Positions 18,881-28,352 of a DNA stretch of 58,993 nucleotides are shown here, piece by piece. Origin of the DNA: Chloroflexota bacterium (GTDB lineage: Bacteria; Chloroflexota; Dehalococcoidia; JACPPY01); contig JACPPY010000076.1 in the NCBI GenBank assembly GCA_016190755.1, forward strand, positions 1 to 58,993, given 5' to 3'. A program made the position numbers and the translations under genes. The notes beneath the pieces were generated by a model. The model was not told the origin of the DNA. It did not search any database and worked only from the letters and a program-made list of their open reading frames with translations. The first letter of the stretch is position 1, and each line of letters begins with the position of its first letter.

Positions 18881-20395
18881 CTATCCACGGCAGAATACGG
18901 CGCGCAGGACCTCGTCCGGGGTGGTGATGCCGGCGCTGGCTTTTAGCATACCGTCCCGCCACATGGTGATCGTACCCTCAGTTTTTGCCTGAGCTCTGAT
19001 CTGTGTTGCGCTGCCGCCGGACAGGAGCAAGCTGCTGATTTCTTCACTGACGCTCAATATCTCGAATACGCCGGTCCGGCCCAAGTAGCCGGTGCCTGAG
19101 CAAGAGTTGCAGCCAACGCCGTAGTTGAACTCTTTGCGCTCTTCTCCAATCTCCTTGGCGTATGCCTTCCATGCTTCCTCAGGAGCCCCAATTAGCCTGT
19201 GGCAGTGAGGGCATACTCGTCGTACCATGCGCTGGGCCACCACGCCAATCAACGCCGACGCCACGTAGAAAGGCTTCACACCAAGCTCCATCAGCCGGAA
19301 CATCGCGCCCACCGTGTCAGTAGCATGGACTGATGACAGCACCAGGTGTCCCGTCAGGGCTGCCTGTACAGCTATTTCAGCCGTCTCGGCATCGCGTATT
19401 TCTCCCACCAGTATTACGTCAGGGTCCAGCCTCAATATGGAACGCAGGCCGGTGGCGAAGGTTAACCCCGCCCGCGGGTTGACCTCAATCTGGTTGATAT
19501 CCTTTAGTCGGTACTCCACAGGATCTTCGACGGTGATAATATTCCTTTTCGTCCGGTCGAGATGGTTTAGTGAGGCATATAGTGTAGTGGTCTTGCCCGA
19601 GCCGGTAGGCCCGGTCAACAGTATCATTCCATATGGGGACTTAAGAAGCTGTTTGTGCCGTCCCAGGCTGCCCGGCAGGAAACCTAATTCTGTCAACTCC
19701 AACGCAGTGAAAGTCCTGTCGAGTATGCGCAGCACAGCGCTCTGACCGTGCATCGTTTGGATCGTGACCACCCGCACGTTAATTTCACGATCATGCACCT
19801 TGAGCGCAAACTGACCATCCTGCGGTCGCTGGTCAGCAATGTTCATATTTGCCATTATCTTGATCCGCGAGAGGAGAGGCGCATGTGCGGTAAGAGGTAG
19901 CGACACTGTCTCGTGAAGCACGCCGTCAATGCGGTAGCGTACACGGAGCTTGCCTTCTTGCGGTTCAATATGGATATCCGAGGCGCGGTGCTTCACCGCC
20001 TCGCCGACCAGCATATCCAGTGCCCGGACGGCAGGCGCGTCAACGACATCTCCGACCTTAACTCCCTCTTCGGGCTTCGCCACAACATTGTCAGGCTGAA
20101 ACTGGCTTTCAATTTCATCATATGATTTATAGTTGCGGTCGATGGCCTTGCGGATTTCCTCTAGGGGAGCAATCTCGACCTCGACGCGCATTCGGGTGCG
20201 GGCTTCCAACGACTGCATCACCAGAAGGTCAACTGCATCCGCCATGGCGACGGTAAGCACATTATTGCTGACGCTTATCGGCATCAGGTCGTGTTTCCGG
20301 GCCACCGCCTCGGGTACCAGCCGCAAAGCCTCAGGTTCTATGTGCAAAGTATTGAGGTCAATGCGAGGTATACGCGAGCGTGCGGTCGTCACCAC
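18881..20395 (-). CDS. pilB: Pilus assembly ATPase PilB/GspE
   Basis: ASDIHIEP, PQDG, GPTGSGKTT, LRLDPDVILVGEIRD, TGHLV and CPHC...CNSC zinc site; AGGAGG RBS. Confidence 0.95.
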   Translation of the reverse strand: MVTTARSRIPRIDLNTLHIEPEALRLVPEAVARKHDLMPISVSNNVLTVAMADAVDLLVMQSLEARTRMRVEVEIAPLEEIRKAIDRNYKSYDEIESQFQPDNVVAKPEEGVKVGDVVDAPAVRALDMLVGEAVKHRASDIHIEPQEGKLRVRYRIDGVLHETVSLPLTAHAPLLSRIKIMANMNIADQRPQDGQFALKVHDREINVRVVTIQTMHGQSAVLRILDRTFTALELTELGFLPGSLGRHKQLLKSPYGMILLTGPTGSGKTTTLYASLNHLDRTKRNIITVEDPVEYRLKDINQIEVNPRAGLTFATGLRSILRLDPDVILVGEIRDAETAEIAVQAALTGHLVLSSVHATDTVGAMFRLMELGVKPFYVASALIGVVAQRMVRRVCPHCHRLIGAPEEAWKAYAKEIGEERKEFNYGVGCNSCSGTGYLGRTGVFEILSVSEEISSLLLSGGSATQIRAQAKTEGTITMWRDGMLKASAGITTPDEVLRAVFCRG

Positions 20396-20570
20396 AGTAT
20401 TGTCCTCCTAAGAAAACCGGAACCGTATAAAGATAAAAACAGACTTCTCGGGCTAGCAGTTGGACTACATCGGGATTCTAAGCAGCTAAGAGTTGCGCTC
20501 AGTGTGACTAATGTTTGTCTTTGGTTGAAGTGCACTCGTCGTACTTGGACCGACTGCATCTGGCGAAGCC

Positions 20571-20600
20571 TTGAATACTCTCGACAGAGGTCGCTATAAT
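20571..20600 (+). promoter_or_regulatory. Sigma70-type promoter of dcd
   Basis: TTGAAT-N18-TATAAT. Confidence 0.6.
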
Positions 20601-20634
20601 GCAAAGCGTTTCAGGACTGCGTTCAGGGGAGCAT

Positions 20635-21318
20635 ATGGTCTTATCTGATAAGGACATAAAAAGGGCCCTCAAAGAGGGACGCATCAGGGTGAACCCTTCT
20701 CCTGACTTGACCACACAACTCGGTCCGTGCTCCATTGATCTGCGCCTGAACAACGTCTTCCGCGTCTTCGAGCGCAGCCGCGCCCCATACATTGATACGC
20801 GGGTAACGGACTGTGAGGACCTCATGCGAGAGGTCACTGTCAAGCTGGATGAGCCGTTTATTATGCAGCCAGGAGAGCTGGTCCTGGCAAGCACACACGA
20901 GACGCTCGAGTTGCCTGACGATCTCCTGGCGCGGCTTGAGGGGCGCAGCAGCCTGGCACGGCTGGGCATAATAGTCCACGGCACGGCGGGAGTTTTCGAG
21001 CCCGGCTGGCGTGGCCATCCTACGCTGGAACTGGGGAACCTAGGGCCGATGCCTGTGGCGTTGCACCCACTGATGCGGATATGCTCTTTCACCTTCGAGG
21101 AGCTGTCATCACCGTCCGAGGTGCCTTACTGGAAGAAGGGCGGCAAGTACCTGGGCCAGGCCGGAGCCGATCCCAGCCGGTTCAGGACCGAGAAAGACAT
21201 GGAACTGGGCTATAGGATGACCAGAGCTCCAGAACTTCGCCCGGATAGGAATGATAAGCCCCCCCGTGCCCCAGCTCCGCAGTCGGGGACGGAGACTACC
21301 GCCCCAAACACGCAGTGA
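20635..21318 (+). CDS. dcd: dCTP deaminase
   Basis: MVLSDKDI, SIDLRL, EGRSSLARLG, HGTAG, PGWRG.PTLE and KYLGQ motifs. Confidence 0.95.
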   Translation: MVLSDKDIKRALKEGRIRVNPSPDLTTQLGPCSIDLRLNNVFRVFERSRAPYIDTRVTDCEDLMREVTVKLDEPFIMQPGELVLASTHETLELPDDLLARLEGRSSLARLGIIVHGTAGVFEPGWRGHPTLELGNLGPMPVALHPLMRICSFTFEELSSPSEVPYWKKGGKYLGQAGADPSRFRTEKDMELGYRMTRAPELRPDRNDKPPRAPAPQSGTETTAPNTQ

Positions 21319-21336
21319 TTCCGGGCAGGACCCCTC

Positions 21337-22014
21337 TTACCACCTCAGTACAGACTTTGCCAGGTCCCAGGTGTAGTCGTACAGATGGAGCCCCTTGCTC
21401 AGGGCGACTATCTCGCCGTCCTCGACACCAATCTGTCCGGCCATATACTCCTTCATCAACTGCAGCCCGCCCAGATTCGATGGGAAACCGCCCCAGAGGT
21501 CCCACGACCTGAAGTAGATGATGAAGTGCAAGGCGCCGTCGCTTATCCTGGTATCCACCAGGCGAAGGCATTGCGATGATGCTTGCTGCCCCGTCTCTTC
21601 CTCACGGCGGTATTGGAATAGTGAGTCCTTGCTGCCCACGGACATGCACAGCCTGTTTGTGCCCGTACCCCACTTCTTGTACAGCCGTATGACCTCGTCC
21701 ATCTGTGGCGCAAGGTCTTGCCCGTAGGTATAGTCTTCTCCAGGTTGAGGCTGGTCCGTCATAAGGTAAAGCACATACTCCTGAAGATATGCCTCCGTCG
21801 TAGGTGCGGGCACACCCTCCGGCACATCAGGCACCAACGGCCGGCGGCCGGGGTGTGATATGTGTATCGCAGCGAACTCTAGTTCTTTGCGCTTGCGGCT
21901 CTCGAAGCTACCCTTGTCGATTACATACTCACGGCCATGCAGCATCACGTTCTTGATCGCCAGGAACCAGGCTTCGGGCAGGTCTCTAGCTTCTATTTCA
22001 GTGATTTTCAACAA
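21337..22014 (-). CDS. thyA: Thymidylate synthase, short archaeal-type ThyA
   Basis: YTYG, catalytic QCLR, FRSWD, GFPSN and GLHLY motifs; adjacent to dcd. Confidence 0.85.
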   Translation of the reverse strand: MLKITEIEARDLPEAWFLAIKNVMLHGREYVIDKGSFESRKRKELEFAAIHISHPGRRPLVPDVPEGVPAPTTEAYLQEYVLYLMTDQPQPGEDYTYGQDLAPQMDEVIRLYKKWGTGTNRLCMSVGSKDSLFQYRREEETGQQASSQCLRLVDTRISDGALHFIIYFRSWDLWGGFPSNLGGLQLMKEYMAGQIGVEDGEIVALSKGLHLYDYTWDLAKSVLRW

Positions 22015-22093
22015 CGACTCCTTTCAGCGCCCCAGTCTCGTAACCCCAAGTTGAGGAGAAAAGGCTTTGCCACATGTGGATGGGTTAACGGCC

Positions 22094-22122
22094 ATTCTAG
22101 CACGGGTCTGGGAGGTCATCAA
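22094..22122 (-). promoter_or_regulatory. Sigma70-type promoter of thyA
   Basis: TTGATG-N17-TAGAAT on the minus strand, with an extended -10 TG. Confidence 0.55.
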
Positions 22123-22191
22123 GCGGTCCAGGTTCTGGTCGTACTCGAAGAGCATTGCATCAAGCTGCAAGTCTTTGCTACAGGCTTAGCT

Positions 22192-23835
22192 CTATCGAGC
22201 CCCGGTGGGTTGCCTGCCAGGCTCGATCAAGAGTAGCGCAGCGGCAAACCTTAACTTTGCCTGTGCTGCGGACGTGTGGCATCTACGAGCTACTTCTCCC
22301 CAGCCCTCCTGTTTCCCGGTAATGTACCCTTTGCGCAGCAAGTATATCTGCTGGTCTTCCTCAGGGACATCCTCCTCGTCCAGTTTCATGAGCACCTCCA
22401 GGTCATCCGCCGTGCCGATGACCCGGCCGATGGACGGGTCCAACGAAAATGCCTGTTGATAGTCAGTCTGTGCACTCTCCTTCTCGCCCAGTCGTTCACA
22501 AGCGACGGCGCGGTTGAACAACGTCCTGGTGTTGGTCGGAAAAAGCCACAGTGAGACATGATAGCATTCAATAGCTTCAGTAAACATGCCCCTGGCGAGG
22601 TAGCCATTGCCGATGATATACAGTGAAAGTCCGGCTATCTGCATCATGCTGAGGCTTCCCACCTCGAGTGCCGAATCCATCTCATCCGGGGTTAACTGCT
22701 TGAGCACCAGCTTTCCGTCTTCCCTGACCCTAGCCAAATATAAACGATGCCGTATATCGGGGGAGCCGTACCAGGGGTCAAGATACTTTTTGGTTCCATC
22801 CGACAGTTCTAAAGCGCAAACACAGTGCGGTACGAACCTGCCGCGATTATCTTGTATAACCTCCATTATTCCCGCATTCAGCCCGCCTTCCACCGCCAGG
22901 AACGACAGTATGCGGGCGTAACCCAGGCAGTCCGCACTGTGCCGGGTCAACACATTGGAAAGCTCCCAATATCTGCCTCTTTTGATGTTGTACCTGGTGA
23001 CCTTGTAGAGCCAATCCGCTATCCTGCTTTCGAGGCGGGACCTGTTCTCTGGCTCAGCTAGTCCCGGAAGCGATGACTTGCAGGCGGCCAGCACCTTGGT
23101 GAGCGACTTGTATACGGTTCCAATATCACACGGGCAACCCGGCATGACATGCCACTCCCGCAAGGCATCCCCGACTTGATTTGTAGTCCATGGCTCGATA
23201 CCGGCCTCTCCTGCAATGCGGCCAACGCGCCTCAGCTTGTCCATCTGCCGGTTAATGATGTTAAAGAAATCCTGCCTCTCCTCGACTACCGCCCGGCGCC
23301 CCATACGCCCCGCCAGCCAGGCATCGATTGAGCCGAAGGGCCCCGCTTTCTGGACCACCTTCCTCTCACGCCACGCGCCAACGAAACGCATGCCTCGGTC
23401 CAACCCTGAGTCACGGGCCAAGTCCAGGTCAATCTCCTGACCTTCCAGAACGGCCTGAACTATTATGTGATCGCTGTACGCAGGGAGCGACCTGATGCCG
23501 GAGATGATCTTCCGTATGTTGTTGGGCATTGGTTCGGATACGGAATCCTCTAGCTGTCGTGCCACGAACTCTAACAGCCCCTCTTCGCCGAAAATTTTCA
23601 GTACAATGAAACGCGCCGGTATGCCATTGGCCCGGAGCAACCCCGCCGTCAGCAGGGCTTTCCCGGCACACATGCCCCTGCCCTTTTGCAGGACTTCGTC
23701 TGCCGTCACATTCCACTCGTCGAGGTAGTAGAGAATGCCGTCCCGCACGAAGTTGGCTATGCGGTCCACGACCTCGCCCCAAGACCCCGCCCCTATCGCC
23801 AGTTCTTTAGCCTTTTGTTCGACTACAGATCCCAT
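22192..23835 (-). CDS. Protein with two transglutaminase-like domains, TPRs and a C-terminal HTH-like segment
   Basis: Triad 1: GMC/DH/DLD. Triad 2: ADC/PH/YLDP. TPR segment YIIGNGYL...LFNRAVA...AFSLDP; C-terminal IYLLRKG...WGEVARR. Confidence 0.7.
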   Translation of the reverse strand: MGSVVEQKAKELAIGAGSWGEVVDRIANFVRDGILYYLDEWNVTADEVLQKGRGMCAGKALLTAGLLRANGIPARFIVLKIFGEEGLLEFVARQLEDSVSEPMPNNIRKIISGIRSLPAYSDHIIVQAVLEGQEIDLDLARDSGLDRGMRFVGAWRERKVVQKAGPFGSIDAWLAGRMGRRAVVEERQDFFNIINRQMDKLRRVGRIAGEAGIEPWTTNQVGDALREWHVMPGCPCDIGTVYKSLTKVLAACKSSLPGLAEPENRSRLESRIADWLYKVTRYNIKRGRYWELSNVLTRHSADCLGYARILSFLAVEGGLNAGIMEVIQDNRGRFVPHCVCALELSDGTKKYLDPWYGSPDIRHRLYLARVREDGKLVLKQLTPDEMDSALEVGSLSMMQIAGLSLYIIGNGYLARGMFTEAIECYHVSLWLFPTNTRTLFNRAVACERLGEKESAQTDYQQAFSLDPSIGRVIGTADDLEVLMKLDEEDVPEEDQQIYLLRKGYITGKQEGWGEVARRCHTSAAQAKLRFAAALLLIEPGRQPTGAR

Positions 23836-24150
23836 GCGCATCCTCTGTGTGGCCCAAATACGCCCATTCTCCGGAGAAGCCAGTTTCAACGAAACTGTAC
23901 AGTCATATTAGCACAGCAGTCCGTTGTGCAAACACAGATTATTCGACCGGCCATTTTACGGAACTTCCTTTTATGTCAATCCCTGTCACAGCATCCATAT
24001 ACATAGCAAACAGACCTCTCAACCCATTCACACACACCAGGGAAACGAATCGATACAATCGTGTCGAGCAAAACTCTGTTGTTGTGCCGAGTGTGCCCGC
24101 CGATTCCTGAATGCAGGAAAAGTACCGTTGAAATCACACGGGAGATAGCT

Positions 24151-26289
24151 ATGAAAGCAAACATTGAAGAATTCGAACTGTCGCAGGAAACCTTAGCCAA
24201 CGCAACGAAAGAGTTAGAGGAGGCGAGAGAAAAGGCTCAAGCTGCTGAGAGAAAATTCCAAGTGGCAGTAGAGGCTCTGACAGTAGCGCAAAGGGAAGCT
24301 GAAGAGACAAGGCAGCAGGTAGAGCATGCTACCGACCAGAGCAAGCTGGCGGAAGAGGCCAAGAGGAAAGCCGAGCAGGAAGCCATAGAGGCCGAGGAAA
24401 CGGCGAAACAGCACTCTCACCAAGTCAAATCGGCCGAGGAAACTGAGGCTGAGGCCAGGGTACGGTTGGAGGAGGCCACAAAAAACAAGGAGATAGAATC
24501 CCAGCAGGCCAAGTTGGCAGTCGAAATCGAAGCCGAGAACACTAAGCTGTTTGAAGAGACAAAGAAGAACGTTGAGCAGTGTGCCGAACAGGTCAGGTCG
24601 GCGGAAGAAATTGCTGCGTTGGCCACGCAAGAGTTGGAAACGTGCAGGCAGGAGGCCGATAAAACTATCCAGGAAGCCAAGACCGCCGTGGAAGCCGCAG
24701 CTAACGCAACGAAGGGCTTGGACGAGGCCGGACAAATGGCAAAGAAAGTTGCACAGGATATCCAAATTGCTGAGGAAGACGAGGCCAGGGCAAAACACCA
24801 GGCTGAAGAGGCCAGAGGAAAAGCTATCCAAGCCGAAGAAGAAGCGGTAACCGCGGAAGAGGCGTTGAATAAGGTCAACCAGGATCTCATCGAGGCCCAG
24901 GAAATTGCTCAACAAGCAGCCAAGATGGCTGCTCTGGCGGTAGAAATGGAGGCCAAGTCCGACCAAAAGTTCACTGAGGCCAAAGAGCGCGCCAGGATGG
25001 CGGCTTTGGAAGCCAAGCAGGCCGAAGATGCTGTCGCTGTGGCGTTAAAAGAAGCGCAAGCGGCAAGAGACAAAGCTGAGGCGGCGGAGAACGACGTAAC
25101 GGCGCGAGAGGCGTCCAGGCCAGAGGCTGCGAAGGAGGCCGCAAAAGCCAAGCAAAGGGCCGCACGTACTGCAGAGAGATTGAAGATAGCAGAGGAAGCT
25201 GCGACTCGTGCGAGAGAGGCCGCCCAGGAAGCCCGGGGCAGGACAGTGGAACTGGAAGCGAGAGCCAAACAGGCTGACGAAGTCACGGCTGATACGGCCT
25301 CAAAGGTTGAAGAAGTAAGGGAAGAAGCTGCCAAGATACCTCAGGAGATCCAGGCTGCTGAGACACTGGCGTCCAAATTGGCTAAAGAAGCCGACACAGC
25401 TCAGCAAGAAGCTAAGCGAACCACAGAGAAACTGAAGGCTGCAGAGGAAGTAAGTTCCAGCATGCAGCAGGAGCTTCTCGGGCCCAAGCGTAAGTATGAT
25501 GTCGCGGCACAAGAGTTAAAAAGAATACAGGAAGTTCTGGCGAAAACGTCAATTGCATCCAGAGAGGCTAGACAGAAAGCTGAGCAGTCCACAGCGCAAT
25601 TTGTAGCTCAGGAAGACGCAGTGGCAAGGGCACGCCGAGAGGTCGCAGAGGCGCGAAAGCAGTTGGAGCAGGCTACTGCAAAGGTAACGTCAGCGCTGCA
25701 GGTGCGGTCTGAAACAGCTCGGAAGGCCACAGAGGCGCGTAAGCAATACGAGGAAGCCTCCAAACGAGCCGAGATAGCGGCTGAAGCTTTGACTAAAGCG
25801 AACCGAGAGGCAGTCGAGGCCAAAAACATTGCTGACGAAGCCACAAGCAAGGCTGAAGAGGCAGAAGACAATGAGGCCAAGGCAAGAAAAGAAGCCAAGA
25901 GAATGGCCAAGTTGAAAGCCAAGGAGGAGGCCAGAGAGGCTAAGGCGTTGCAAAAGAAGGAGGCGGAGGAGGAAAAGAGAAAAGAGGAGGAGAGAGCGGC
26001 CTTAACCAAACTTTACAGTGGGACAGTAAAGATCCTGTTGCCCTCGGGCGCCGATCATGAACAAGTAAAAGAACTCTCCGAGGCCCTCGGTAACGTAGAA
26101 GGGCTCAGGATGATCGGCACTGGTGGTTCGGACAACGGAGTCACAATGGTCGTATTCGCTGAGGCACCAGTCCGCTTGTTCAGCGAACTGGCATCTCTGG
26201 GCCCCATAGCGCAAGTCCATTTATCAAAGAAACATGGACCGAAGGCAATCGAGGTCACATTGGCAAAAAAACAAGGAATAGTCATGTGA
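24151..26289 (+). CDS. Long Ala/Glu/Lys-rich coiled-coil protein with a small C-terminal alpha/beta domain
   Basis: GGAG RBS before ATG 24151; 20 consecutive 28-aa repeats; no signal peptide or TM segment. Confidence 0.85.
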   Translation: MKANIEEFELSQETLANATKELEEAREKAQAAERKFQVAVEALTVAQREAEETRQQVEHATDQSKLAEEAKRKAEQEAIEAEETAKQHSHQVKSAEETEAEARVRLEEATKNKEIESQQAKLAVEIEAENTKLFEETKKNVEQCAEQVRSAEEIAALATQELETCRQEADKTIQEAKTAVEAAANATKGLDEAGQMAKKVAQDIQIAEEDEARAKHQAEEARGKAIQAEEEAVTAEEALNKVNQDLIEAQEIAQQAAKMAALAVEMEAKSDQKFTEAKERARMAALEAKQAEDAVAVALKEAQAARDKAEAAENDVTAREASRPEAAKEAAKAKQRAARTAERLKIAEEAATRAREAAQEARGRTVELEARAKQADEVTADTASKVEEVREEAAKIPQEIQAAETLASKLAKEADTAQQEAKRTTEKLKAAEEVSSSMQQELLGPKRKYDVAAQELKRIQEVLAKTSIASREARQKAEQSTAQFVAQEDAVARARREVAEARKQLEQATAKVTSALQVRSETARKATEARKQYEEASKRAEIAAEALTKANREAVEAKNIADEATSKAEEAEDNEAKARKEAKRMAKLKAKEEAREAKALQKKEAEEEKRKEEERAALTKLYSGTVKILLPSGADHEQVKELSEALGNVEGLRMIGTGGSDNGVTMVVFAEAPVRLFSELASLGPIAQVHLSKKHGPKAIEVTLAKKQGIVM
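24181..25860 (+). repeat. 20 tandem degenerate 84-bp (28-aa) coding repeats
   Basis: AEE/AVE-like starts recur every 28 aa without gaps, from SQETL (24181) to AEDNE (25861). Confidence 0.85.
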
Positions 26290-26353
26290 GCCGAGGTACA
26301 TTCGTGTGGCGACTATCAAGACAGTGTGCATCAGATGCTCAGAGGTAAATTCT

Positions 26354-28180
26354 CTATTCCCTATCCAGCCTCAGGACTGCAGCAAAGGCCTCCTGAGGCA
26401 CTTCGACCTCGCCGATGCGCTTAAGCCGTTTCTTACCCTCGGCCTGCTTCTCCAACAGCTTCCGTTTGCGGGTAATGTCGCCGCCGTAGCACTTGGCCAG
26501 CACATCCTTGCGCGAGGCCCTGATAGTCTCGCGGGCTATTATCTTCCCGCCGATAGCCGCTTGTATGGGAACGTCGAACAGCTGCCTTGGAATGAGCCGG
26601 CGCAGCTTATCGGCCAGCCGCCGGCCTTCCTGTTGTGCCTGGTCGGAGCGGATTATCTGTGACAGCGCGTCTACGGGCATTCCGTTGATAAGTATCTGTA
26701 GCTTCACCAGATGTGCCGGGCGATAGCCCGAGAACTCGTAGTCCATGGAGGCATAGCCCTGCGTGCGAGATTTCAACTGGTCATAGAATTCCACTAGCAT
26801 GGCGCTCAACGGCAGGTCGCACTCCAGCAATGCCTGGCCCCAGGTCTGGCGTGCTGCTGACTCCTGTCCCAAGTACTCCAGCCGACGTTGCTCGCCGCCA
26901 CGCTCTGCGACCAACTGCATGACGGCTCCAAGGTACTTTGCCGGCACAACGATGGTCACCTTCATCCAAGGTTCGCGGGCTTCCATTATATCTGCAGGAT
27001 CCGGGAACTCCGAAGGGCTCTTTACGGAAACCACTATGCCGGTCCTTTTGACGACCTGGTAGGCGACGCTGGGAGCGGTTATGAGAAGCGTAAGCCCGAA
27101 CTCACGTTCCAATCTCTCCCGCACAATATCCATGTGAAGCGTGCCGAGGAAGCCACAGCGAAAGCCGGCGCCCAGCGCGCTGCTTGTTTCGGGCTCGTAC
27201 ACAAACGACGCATCGTTCAGCTTCAATTTGCCGAGGGCATCCTGGAGGAACGGGTAATCACTGCTTTCAGCGGGGTATAGCCCGGCGAAGACCATGGGCT
27301 TGGCCGCCCGATATCCAGACAGGGGCTCCGGAGCAGGCCTGTCAAGGTGCGTTATAGTATCGCCGACCGAGCAGTCGCGCACGTTCTTCAAGCCGGTGGC
27401 AATGTAGCCGACCTCACCGGTTTCCAGGTTGTCCGTTGGCACTGGCTGTGGCCGGAACACGCCCACCTCAAGGGCTTCCAACGCCTTGTCGTTGGACATC
27501 ACCTTCAGCCGGTCGTTAGGCTTGACCGCGCCATCGACTACCCGCACATATGCGATCACGCCCTTGTAGTCGTCGTATTTCGAGTCGAACACCAGCGTCT
27601 TCAGCGGCGCAGATAAGTTTCCGATGGGCGAGGGAATACGCTTCACGATGGCTTCGAGCAACTCCTTAACGCCGTTACCTTCCTTTGCCGAAGCAAACAG
27701 TATCTCTTCGGCGGAGAAACCCAGCACATTAACAATTTCATCTGCGACGGCCTCGGGCATGGCGCTTGGCAGGTCTATCTTGTTCACGACCGGTATTAGC
27801 TTCAAGTCATGCTCCATGGCGATATAGACATTGGCCAGCGTCTGGGCCTGTATGCCCTGTGAGGCATCGACAACGAGTATGGCGCCCTCGCAGGCGGCAA
27901 TGCTGCGCGATACCTCATAGGTAAAGTCCACGTGTCCGGGCGTATCTATCAGGTTCAACTGGTAGTCTTGGCCGTCCGCTGCTTTGTAATTCATGCGGAC
28001 AGCTTTGGCCTTTATCGTGATGCCTCTCTCACGCTCCAGAGCCATCTGGTCCATTACCTGCTCACGCATGAGCCGCCTTTCGATGGTCCCGGTAAGCTCC
28101 AGCAGCCGGTCGGCAAGTGTGGACTTACCATGGTCGATATGAGCGATTATGCAGAAGTTCCTTATGTGCTCAAGTTTCAT
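26354..28180 (-). CDS. lepA: Elongation factor 4 (LepA)
   Basis: [28 protein letters not shown] and [17 protein letters not shown]. Confidence 0.98.
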   Translation of the reverse strand: MKLEHIRNFCIIAHIDHGKSTLADRLLELTGTIERRLMREQVMDQMALERERGITIKAKAVRMNYKAADGQDYQLNLIDTPGHVDFTYEVSRSIAACEGAILVVDASQGIQAQTLANVYIAMEHDLKLIPVVNKIDLPSAMPEAVADEIVNVLGFSAEEILFASAKEGNGVKELLEAIVKRIPSPIGNLSAPLKTLVFDSKYDDYKGVIAYVRVVDGAVKPNDRLKVMSNDKALEALEVGVFRPQPVPTDNLETGEVGYIATGLKNVRDCSVGDTITHLDRPAPEPLSGYRAAKPMVFAGLYPAESSDYPFLQDALGKLKLNDASFVYEPETSSALGAGFRCGFLGTLHMDIVRERLEREFGLTLLITAPSVAYQVVKRTGIVVSVKSPSEFPDPADIMEAREPWMKVTIVVPAKYLGAVMQLVAERGGEQRRLEYLGQESAARQTWGQALLECDLPLSAMLVEFYDQLKSRTQGYASMDYEFSGYRPAHLVKLQILINGMPVDALSQIIRSDQAQQEGRRLADKLRRLIPRQLFDVPIQAAIGGKIIARETIRASRKDVLAKCYGGDITRKRKLLEKQAEGKKRLKRIGEVEVPQEAFAAVLRLDRE

Positions 28181-28352
28181 ATCGTCATATTATAGCGGTC
28201 TGACGCCTGTAATTCCTCTTGCGAGGCCTTCCGCTCTTTCTGACCATGGCGTCCGGGTCGGGGGTACTGGTCATACTGACTTTCGCGCTGATTGCTAAGG
28301 TGGTAGAATGCCATTGTCTGAAAGGGCTTATGAAGCATGAGTATCCTGATCA

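Noticed and set aside
24151-26289. SMC/SbcC protein, TolA or phage tape-measure protein
   Set aside because: No Walker motifs or hinge, no TM anchor and no phage genes nearby.
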